A stretch of DNA of 64,000 bases from Psilocybe cubensis (taxonomy: Eukaryota), in assembly GCA_017499595.2 (NCBI GenBank), contig CM039007.1, forward strand, positions 1,612,001-1,676,000, given 5' to 3'. Positions 23,936 to 35,200 of the stretch are shown piece after piece. Position 1 is the stretch's first letter. Each line of letters begins with the position of its first letter. The position numbers and the translations under genes were made by a program. Below the pieces are notes generated by a model that was not told the origin of the DNA, searched no databases, and saw nothing but the letters and a program-made list of their open reading frames with translations.

Positions 23936-26900
23936 GGTGAATGAGAAAATGATAGCAAGTTGCGAATATACTAAATGCAACAGAGAATTGCTAGAGAGCG
24001 AAATCAGATGTAGATGACAGTGGAGGAGCAAAAGGGACCAGATCGTTTCTTTGGCGAACACAAACCATCCTGTGGCTGCATGTTTGAGGCGTGCATCATA
24101 CATGCCGCGTCACCGAATCAGGAGGTCCGAGTGCGGTCCGTGAATAAGCCGAAAAACACAGCATCACTGATGATGGACAGGCACTAGGGCCCTAAGTGCA
24201 CCGTCATCGTGGAAATGTCCTGCTTCTGCTCTCATCAGTGACAACACTGCTCATCGAGCGCTGTTCCTTTGGAAATCTAAAGGCTTGGCTGGTCTACGTA
24301 TCTCCAGTCTTCCCCGTCCCCGAGCCACTGATCACTGGCCAGCTCAATTCGGTTGTTGCACATCCTGAATACAGACTCTGAGTCGTAGTCTTGGAAAACA
24401 AAGAAGGTTCCCCAGGATTTCTTTCTTTAATCAATGCCAAAAGGAAACGTGAGCTTACTTGGCAATATGTTAATACAAATGCGATACTCACACCGATACT
24501 ACCTTTGAGTGTGTACATACCGGCGCCGACGCGCCTTTGGATGGTATGAGCATCTAAACTCTCAAAACATGTTGTCGGTGCCTTCGTGCAGTAGACAAAT
24601 GGTTGCAAGGAAGAGAAAAGATAAACAACCAAGATGGCAACGGAAGTTTCACGGCCGTCGGCATGTCAATTGAAGGTCAATTTGTCCTCCGAAATCCGAA
24701 ACCCGATTCCGTCAGTCAGTGAGTCGCATTTCCGCGAGTCTCTTGAACTTGGAATGAATGAGCCAGGCCGGATTTTTTTTTCGAAATCATTCATGTCGAT
24801 GGATAATCTGTTTACCTCCGACCTACCTCGTGACAAGAATAGACTGCCAATGGCTTCGCATCGTTTGCAAATATCTGAAATCCAAAAGTCCACACAAAAA
24901 TGCCTTGAAGATATCTTGTTCATTCTCAACCCACCCTACTCCAAATTCAGGTATATCGGTTGTCAATCAAAGTCCACTGCTGACCACATACAAACTCTCA
25001 TTGTGGCGCATTAGAAATAAAATTTCCTATTTTAGACATGTCCCACACCGCCCGCCAAGAAAATGACGGGGGTCACTCTTTAGTCACCTAGCAAAATCCA
25101 TACTGAGAAGTTCTTACAGAAAGAAAGGCTTTGTAGCCCTAATATAATTGCTCTCATAAATCTATGGTCGTATCAACAATAACGTGATATTGTCTGAGAG
25201 CAATTTTCAAAGTAAACTTCGTATTTTGTAGGTGAGTACCGGGTTCTTTGAATACGCAAATATGAGGCACTTCCTGGATACAAAAAGAAGTTTTCAGAAT
25301 TTGACATAACTCTCATAACCCTCGGGGGTAATAATGGCAACATTATAGCTCGGGCAGATGCTTCGGTGTCTGTATGAAAGACATCATATATAATCCAAAC
25401 TGTTCATGTTCTTTTCATCAAGGTTTTAAGCATTCCCTTCGTGTAAAAGGATATGTTGATTCCGGACTAAATCTGTACTGCTACTATAGTACTCCCACTG
25501 CTAATGGTAAAATCATATAGCCATTAACCATCCGACTCCATTTATTTAGCGGAATCTTTAATATTATATAAACACCGTGTTTGTTCCACACACATTCACT
25601 CCTCTAATCCCATGTTGCGTTATAGATTTATTAAGTTAGTAAATAGATTACTGCACGCTAGCCTTCGACGATTTTTTGCGTGATAATGTTTAGCTCATCA
25701 AAATTGCATCTACCTTCACTCCGAGGCACGTATAGTACAGCTCGCTGAAATGATTAAGCTAAGTTAAACATATATATAAGAATACCATACGAATCAAGTA
25801 CACACTGTCGAGCTCATTGCCCAGAAATTTGGGTCTTTGCTAACCTAGAACATTAGTACTCACAACTGCCCACGACCTGGGCGCTCAGTTTCACAAGAAT
25901 ATAAATAGCCCGAAATTTTAGGAGCTGACAAAGCCTACTCTACTAACGGCGATCAATGATTGAAATGCCGATGAATACACCGTTGTGAGATTTTCACGCC
26001 ATGAAGTGAAGATTCTGGCCTCGGGAATGAATAATGCGGTCCTGCGTGCCTACTTACGATTGAGCGTGATGAAACTCAGAGATGGATGCTTTCGTCAACC
26101 TTGATGTCAATTTAGAGCGCTACGTTGATTCGACGTGTAAGCGCCGCCGCACGATACGCGTGTTAATCCCCCCCCACATACACAATTTCCTTCACTTCAC
26201 TTGAAGGAAGAAATTTGTTGGAAAACCTGACGCCTTGACATTCTTTCAGAACGGAATTATCATTACAACGGCTGCTGCGGTACGCCTCCGTTGCAACACA
26301 GGGCCTAGATCAAACATCCCTCAGCTTAGTCCACCAATTCTGTTGTTGCCGTGTTGTTCAAAAATTGCGTTCAGATATGCCGTCACGAAGTTAAAGCGAA
26401 GTTCCTGGGGAAACAATCTGATTTCTTATTTTTTCCTTTTGTGACCTTTTACACATTGTTAAGAATATCAGCACCTTTATTCATCTATTTTGGACACATA
26501 TGCCACGTTTTGTGGTGAGTAAGCTATCGTACCCACGCTGAAATCGTCGCCTTGACCCCTGCCAGAGAAGAATGACTGGTCCTGATACCTTCTCTCTAAT
26601 CCTGTATTGACTAAAACGTCATTTTCCGGGACTTTCGATGCTGAAATCCTCCACAGGCATGTTCAGGTTCTTTCTCGAGTCGAAGAATGTGTCTTGATCA
26701 GGAATGTAGTTTCGGAGTAACAACCTTAGCGACGAGTAGCTCCCTTTGCTATCCCAATTTTTGCCATGAACAGTGAATTATACTATCATGGCATCAGGAA
26801 CCCGATAGTACGGCCTGGATATTGCTGCGAACTGTTCAGAAGTCGTCCATCGTGTTCTTGTCTCCCACCAGTGGCATGAGTTTTTGAAACCCGTGGTACA

Positions 26901-28841
26901 GTGCTTTTAAGTCGTTCACATTTTTGCGTTATCAATTGCTTCTGGTGAGAGTGTACCGCAGTAAACTACACGCTCCGACTCGGATAAATTATTGGTCAAA
27001 TAAATTCAATGGAACCTCCCGTATGAGAAATCGCGTATGTTCCAATTCGAGAAAGTCGGCTATTGTTGGTGCTGAAATTTGAGACCCTTGCCAATATCGA
27101 AGCGTTCAGGACGGCCGTAAAGCTACTGCTACTGAGCATCGAGACTTGTTCAATGAAGACCCATTGTATTTTGCCTGATGAAAGTCAATCGATTAGAGAT
27201 AACATGGAGGAATCGTCTGTATCTATCTCGGAGATCCTGTTTGTCCTGGGATATTACATATATAAAAATACGTGAAGTTAGCCCGAGGCGGAGGTACAGT
27301 GATTCTGTGGAACAGAAAGCTTGGCACTGATGAACATCAAGATCATCATCGTATGAGCTATCAATAGAACTATTTGCCCGTTTATTCCCAGATTGAAGGC
27401 AAGTACATGTTGAAGCCGAGGTTCATGTTCGACTGATTGACAAATTTGACAAATTAGATGGGTAACATACTTGGTGAGTGTCAACCAATCTGAAGCTCTA
27501 GGCCTTAGCTGAGCCGCTGGAGTGGTAATAGTAGACGTCAGAATTCCAAATTCTTATTTATTTCTCGTCTGGAACATAAATCGATTGATGTGTTCGGCGG
27601 GTACGAGCAATCTATATTTTTTAGAACTTGGACTTCTGTCATGGGAACACTTAACATCTTACTGCTAATTCGCTGTTAATTCCGCCTATTATTTCTCTTT
27701 ACCTTTGACCAGATGATCAAGGTAATTATTATCACAAATATCATACTTAAGTATGTCAGTATCCTCCTCTTAGCATCTTAATGCTTGATCATTCTTTTGT
27801 GCAAAAAAAGCACGATATTTGCACTGATACAGTTTGGTAGAAGCATGATAAATAAGGAATTCATATCACTCGTCGCGGGTACATTATCCAGGAAACGTTT
27901 GGTGGGAACATATGTACTCCATCGTCAGAGCGTACCGACCCTGGTTTTGCCCTTAGTCAAGCTATCTCCCCTTTCTTTGGGGTTTACAAAGATCGAGGGA
28001 CAAGGGACAAGGGCCTGATATCATACATTTCTTCTGTTAAGGCAATATTTAAGTTTTAAACTCACAAGGAGGACAACGATCTATAATTGGTTCTTAAAAG
28101 ATGTCATATCTGGTGACGCTTCGTCGAATCGAATCATAGATCACCTTCCATGTCAAACTCCATCTTTCAAGACTACAACCGACCATTAGAGCAGTATAGA
28201 CGTTCGGCCCATGTATGACAGATCGCACTGTCTACGTACCACTGCCTGACAAGAGGGTGCATACTGTCCTTCGGAACAAGGCGTTGTACCTCTTTGATCT
28301 TGACGTGCGACATATGCCGTGTAGTGAACCCCTCAGATTAATGAGTATCGAAACTGATAGTCAGAGCTGATGTATTAATTGTTCTTACACGCTTGATCTG
28401 TAGCAAAATCAGATTACGAGTCGAAAACACGATTAACCAAAGGACCCCTCGGACGCTGGTTTACATGGCTTACAGTAAACCCCACTTGCAAAGCAAGCGT
28501 CAGTTCTCTTGGTCCAGCTTTCTTCGCCCAAATTGAGAGGTACGAGTTTGAGATTAGATTGAGTTGAAACACCTTTACTGGTCCCGAAGCCACCGAGTGT
28601 ACATAATTCTGACCAACACGTATTTATGAGATAGGGTCTGACACGGCTCACCCTTTGGAGATCTCATTGAGATTTTTGTCGGTTGAACACCATAAACTCA
28701 CACGGAAATTTAAAAACCCCTTTCACATTGATCCATGCGAAACTGTAACTCATGCATACAAACATAAAAGGCACGTCTTGAACGCATAAAAGGTGAGCAT
28801 CTCAGAGGACGACTTCCCATACCGACCTCCCAACACCGACA

Positions 28842-29232
28842 ATGTCATCCTCTCAAGTGAATTCCTCTACAGAGGTAAACTCATCACATCTTTATTTCCT
28901 TGCAGATACTCACAACTGGGCAGCCTTATCATATGGCTCATTACGATGGACCAAGAACACCCAAAAGAACGCCGATGGCATGCCAATTTTGTCGAGGTAG
29001 GTTTGGTCATTCACAACCTAACACAAAAAGTTCTGATTTTGGTTGCCTGTGACGGAACACTAGGTCGCAAATTAAAATGCGATGGAATGCGGCCCTCCTG
29101 CGCTAACTGTAATCGACGTGGGTTTCCATGTGCATACGTTCCAGTCAATGTGTACGTCTTTTGCTCTTACCATTAAAGTCAGATTCAGGAAATTTTAATA
29201 TGTAAATCGCGTGTAGGTCGGAATCAAAATGA
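28842..29232 (+). CDS. Very small Zn(II)2Cys6 binuclear cluster protein (~69 aa, 4 exons)
   Basis: Spliced MSSSQVNSSTE|PYHMAHYDGPRTPKRTPMACQFCR|GRKLKCDGMRPSCANCNRRGFPCAYVPVNV|SESK*; complete C-x2-C-x6-C-x6-C-x2-C-x6-C motif. Confidence 0.75.
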
Positions 29233-30412
29233 CGGTCCAGCTTCATTTATTTAGACGGTCGGACACATTAATGTAAATCTCTTAATACGCATCACAACCG
29301 TGAGCAGTCTGAGGACATGGAATAATATGAACCCTAATTTCGGGTATTTCCGCTATACCTTTGCAGTCATTCCCGCATTTTGTGAACCTGCAGGGTCAGA
29401 CCAAAGCAATCCATTCTTAACCCATGCCTGGAAGTTGTTCTTGGCCTGTTTCTCGTGGCCGCCAGAAGTCTAAATTGCATCATACCCATTAAGATCTGTG
29501 GCAATGCCTTTGGGTCAGGACAAGGCAACTTCAAACGATACGTAAACGATCCAGATCTACTTGGACCCGCGAGCCTCTTAGTCCAAACGCCGATTACTCT
29601 CCCAATAACATCGGTGTCTTGAACCTCAACAGGATTCTTGAATTTTCCACTAAGGCCATAATGCAGCGAAATAGCGGTTTCTTTCAAAATGTCACACGGC
29701 GATAATGGTCGACAGCATTGAAGGCAATGTATGTTTCCCGATGGACGTTTTCCCTCTCATTGGCCAAATATTGATACGTAACTAGTAAACTTGAGATCAT
29801 TCAAAGTCTGTTTGCGTGGAAAGTTGTCAGCATGAAGTATTCAGGGACAGGCCCGACAATTTGGCAACTTGATATCCACACCGTGTCATTGGGAAAGAAA
29901 AAGTGGTTTGGTACCAACCGTAAGCCCTTGGCATTCACGAGTCTGTAATGACGTGGGCTCAGAAACTTAAATCTGATGCTTTGGACCCGGAGCTACTTTC
30001 CAGAATCCCTTCCGTTCATCGAGACAGATTACACTTCCTAACCTGAGTGAGGTCACGGCGGTGACTTTTCCTTGGCAGCAAGCTATGGATACCCGTTGAA
30101 CATAAACCGCATTAGAAACTGTTTGGGCCGCATAATATGTTACAAGTCCTGTCCAACCAGTGTGAAATTAACAACTTTTCGACAAGAGCCTACAACAATC
30201 CGAGTCAGGCCTGAGTCGATATCAAATTTCAGAAAATATAAACTCAGCTTGCGGACATTAAATAAGTTTCTCACGCCACAAACATTGACATCCAATGCCC
30301 AAGCTTAGACCCAGCTTTAACTTGAACCTTCATGAACCAGTTATAACGGACTTGACTTTAATCATTCGCATATTTCACTTGTCTTGTGCAAATTAAATTG
30401 CTTTTGGCTACC

Positions 30413-31644
30413 ATGGCGAACACTCCCGTTAATCACACGCATCATCAAATTAATGGATTGGAGAAAACTTTTTACATTCCTGACTTTATAACTGTAGGTC
30501 TAACAAGCGTGGAAAATATACGGCTAGAAACAATTTCTTACCGTTCTTTAGCCCGAAGAAGAAGAATATCTGATAAAGAAAGTACGGTCTGAAGTGCATC
30601 GGTTGGATATGTCGAGTCAATTTTGTTCTGTTCTCTGATCTCCCAGATCAAGGAATCACCACAACCACAATGGAAAATACTCTCTAATCGGCGGTTAGCC
30701 AGAGTTCTTTTTTATAAGAATACACAACTACTAATTAACATGTCCTAATTTATCGTTCCCAAGCTTGCAGATATGGGGTCCGTTCGTTCCTTTTAAACCA
30801 TACCTATTACTTAGCATGTATCTTGTAGGTGGTGATATGACGGCAAAGGGTGCGTTGATAGTAAAGCCACTCCCTCATTTCGTCAATGAGTAGTAAGTTG
30901 TCCAAATTATTATGACAACTGTGTCGTGATGACGGTCACCAATCAGCCCCGACATTATATCTCGCATCAAGGCAACGGGTGCATTCAGTTCCTCGGTTCA
31001 TAAAGAACCCAACCATGTTATAATGAATGAGGTGGGCCTTTTTTTGCGGCATAATTAGGTAGCTGATTGCTATATCAATTCGAAGTATCTCCCTGGGCAA
31101 GGGATTATGGTAGGTTGCCATCGAGCAATATAGGAGCTGTGTCCAGTGGTAACCTTCGCGTTAGCCGCACGAGGATGGACCACGGTATCACCCTGTAGTC
31201 GCCACCTTATCTCTGGGATCGCATACAGTTTTTCACTACTACCAGTATGAGAAAAACGACTACAATGGGGCCGTTAGTCGCGGAGTCGGGAAGACTATCA
31301 ACACGACACCGGTCTCATCAATACTACTGGAGCCTCGAAGTTTGATCATTTCCTCGGGTGCCATGTACACATCACATCTCCATGGGTGAGTCCAAAGATT
31401 AAGAATTATATGAAATCTCTGACAGCCCGACCAAATGTGCAGGATTGAAGAAATCAAGGAGGACGTCATCTCTCCAAACGCAGACCTACCCGGTGTGCTT
31501 TTATCAAACTTGAATCAGCTCCGAGACCCCCTTGTTAAATCCTTGATAGAGGAGGGAACTCCTTTGAGGAGAGGCATACGATATAGTCTTACCTTCCGGG
31601 ATGTCGAACGTTTATCTTCACTTAGTGTAGTCCCACGTCGTTAA
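30413..31644 (+). CDS. ALKBH6: AlkB-family Fe(II)/2-oxoglutarate dioxygenase, ALKBH6-like
   Basis: [81 protein letters not shown] (HxD...H...R catalytic set). Confidence 0.88.
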
Positions 31645-32212
31645 GCACCAACTATTGCTCGTAAAGAGAAATCATAGATTTAGCGCTGGACCATGATCGA
31701 TGACAGCTCGCCGTGTGTAGCATGTAGGCCGTATGTACCCATGCGTTACGGGCGACGTGTGTAGGTTCACTCATTGCCCATGTGCCAAATGGAAAGCACG
31801 CCAACCTTCGCAATGCGGTCGCCAAAAGGATATCACGACCTATAGACGCGTCTCTAGGCTGTGCTTATGGCTAGATACACAAGACCGCATTCTAGGAATC
31901 TGGTATGAAGGATCCCGATGTGCAGAAAGTGACAGTTATTCTCAACGGGCGCTATCGTGCGGGTATAAACGACATGTCAACCCGCAACCAATGATCGCAA
32001 TTCAGCAACAAACGGCGAATTTGAACAGTAATAATATTGAAGGTATATACTTTTCAAATTGATAATGGACATGTACTGGAAGATGAGTGAAGCAAGCAAA
32101 ACTGAATGAAAACGACAGTAAATTGAAAGAAAGCGTGATCGGCGAAATCGTCCAATGTCTGGATCATAACCGCGGCACCAATTGAGCCAATTTGCCGTCG
32201 GAATGTCGGAAA

Positions 32213-35200
32213 TCAGGGACCAGAGGATAGAATCTCTTTAGACACCAGTATTCGATTTGCCAACGTGGTCAGGTTAGCATCGGCTACGATGACCTCCGGG
32301 GCATATTCTACATCGAATATTTGCTTGATAGCGGAGCATATTCGCTTGGCCTGTCGTTCTGACCAAAAACTAAAGTCGTCTGGATCGCGACCCTCGTGAT
32401 CAAGCTCTGATTCTGCCTCGAGTATTCCCGAGTTGGAAGGCGTGTCCGACGTGTGAAGAGGGAAATCGCCGTCTTGTGAGAGTTTTTTGGTTGGCTTGCA
32501 GGAGAGGGGTATGAGGGAAGGATCTTCATCGAGACATAAAGGTACGATGCGTTTAAGCGATTCACGAACGGTGGTGAAGTTGACATCTTCCGGTTTGTCG
32601 ACTGTAAAACCGATCATCTTCAATCAATTTTGAAACATTTGGTTAGGAGAGATGTACTCGCCATAGATCTCAATCGGCCCGTCCATACTCATAACGTTGT
32701 ACTTACCATCATGGTGATAACGAACCTGTTAGTATGTCAAATTTCGTCAATATATGGAACAAAGAAAGTTTCCGTGATTTGCTTTAATAATTTACCTCAT
32801 AGCGCCCAACCAGCCATGGTAGGGTATTTCCCTTGAAGGTTAGGGTACCTTTCTCAGCGTCGCGATGGGGACTCGGAGCCCTGTCAAAACCAAGAGGCAC
32901 ATCCCCATCCCACTCTTCATTGTGAACAGGAAGCCACATGCCCATTGATGAGGTTTTTGTAACTTGCTTCGATTTATTTGCACCAACCTAGAGGAAAAGA
33001 ATCCATGAAGCGATAGAGGGATAAATGTAGACAGCCGACTCACGCGGTAGAGACCAATCCAATCTGTTGGAATGATAGTCGGCGAGCGACTTGGTCGCTA
33101 AGTCGTTATCTTCCTCTTGTAGTTTATCTTATCATATTTTTTCTAGATTATTCTACTATAGGTTCCGTAGTTACTGTAGGTACAACCGTGTAGCTACGTC
33201 GTGAATCTACATCTTTTACCACCACTGCGCATTATACTTACAACAGGTTATGGGCCCCGAGAGGTCATAACTAAAGCTCGCTTTGTTCTAAACTCGTTCT
33301 ATTCTTATCGATCTATATCTAAACTTGTACTCGACGTCAAATGGCTGACTCGACAACCGCGGAAGTCAACATCGGCGGATATCGCATCGACACACTGAAG
33401 GCCCACAATTGGATGCCGTGGAAGCGGCGCATGCTAGCAGTACTGGTGGACCTCGGACTGGAGAAATACGTGGACGGCACGTCGCTTCGACCAGGATCAG
33501 CGAAACCGAACGCACCCACGGCGGAAGAAATCGCAGCTCAGACAGCGTGGGATAAGGGAGATGCGAAAGCGCGATGCAGGATCGAACTCGCGTTAAGCGA
33601 TGCGGAGATGGTACACGTCCTGGGAGCGCGCACGGCGCGCGAGATGTGGACGCAGTTGTGCACAGTGAAGGAATCCAAGGGACGACTCGGTGTTTTGGCG
33701 ACACGACGAGCACTTTTCCGGGCAACCGCAGAGGAGGGATGCGACATGGCAGAGCATATCGCAAAGCTACGTCAATTCCAGGAGGAGCTGCACATCATGG
33801 GCAGCATTGTATCGGACGAAGATTTCGTCATGATTTTGCTCACCTCGTTGCCGGAATCTTGGGAGAATTATGCGTCATCCTTTTTGGGCTCGAGCGGGAA
33901 TCGTCCTACGCTCACTTCGCAAGAGCTCGTTGGTGTTCTCCTTGAAGAAGCTCGTCGTCGGAAGGAGCGTGGAGGTGATGGTGCCGGAGGGACTACGCTT
34001 CAAGTTCGTGGAGGTCAAGGGTCGTCGGATGGAAAGGGTAATGGTTCGAGGGATGGCAGCGGCGGGAAGGAGTGCTATAATTGCCACAAGATGGGGCACA
34101 TTTCGAAGGATTGCTGGGCGAAGGGCGGAGGTCGTGAAGGAAAGGGTCCGAGGGGGCGGAAGACGAAGAATAGAGGGCGGACGAATCAGGCTCGGGAGGA
34201 CGTCAACACTACGCTCAACGATGAGGTTGCGTACCACACGTACTCGACGTCAAACTTCTCTCGTTACGACTGGCTTTACGATTCTGCAACCACCAGTCAC
34301 GTTTGTCCCGTCCGTGAAGCCTTCATCGAGTATACGCCACTCGTTAATTCCTCCGTTCGTGGTGTCGGAAAGAGTCCAGCTATCATTGCAGGCCGCGGAA
34401 CAGTCATCCTCAACTTCGATGTCGACGGGCAGACGATTACTCATCGTTTGAAAGACGTTTTACACATCCCTGAAGCCGAAAATGCTTTGATGTCGCTCGG
34501 AAGGTTTGAGAGGGATGGGAGGAGCTCGTCGTTTAAGAATGGGAAGGTTCTTTTGATGGATGCGAAGGATAAGGTTATTGGAAAAGGGTCGAAACGCGGT
34601 CAGATGTATATTCTTCACGCTCGCGCTCAGCTTAATTCAGGGGAACAGGTCAACTACGTCTCGCCAAAACTCACCTGGGATCAATGGCATCGTCGTTTTG
34701 GCCATATCTCAGTGTCGTCGTTGCAGAAACTCGTCCGGAACGATCTTGTCGTCGGTCTTTCCGTGGACGAAACGTCTATTCCATCCCCATCGTGCGAGGC
34801 GTGCATCCAAGCGAAGCAGACGCATAAACCTTTCCCTGGAGAAGCAGAAAATCGATCCACGGTTCCTGGAGAGCGAACCATGAGCGACGTATGGGGTCCT
34901 ATCGGAACACGCTCGGTAAATGGATTTTATTACTACATTACGTTTATGGACGACGCGAAGCGATACAACGGCGTGGTTTTCTTGAAGGACAAGAAGGAGG
35001 CGGCGAAGGCGATTGAGAATCATGGGGAGCGAGTGAAGAGGAGGTTTGGGCAGTATCCGAGGTACATTCGCATGGACAATGGCAAGGAACTCGTGAACGA
35101 GCGGATTAAGAAGTGGGCGGCGGAGAGAGGCATTGAAATCGAGACGACGGCGCCATATTCCCCATCTCAGAACGGCGTCGCAGAGCGCTACAATCGTACG

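Noticed and set aside
24600-28000. Gene-poor, partly AT-rich stretch with short ORFs (possible TE or gene relics)
   Set aside because: No terminal repeats, transposase motifs or coherent reading frame found by eye.
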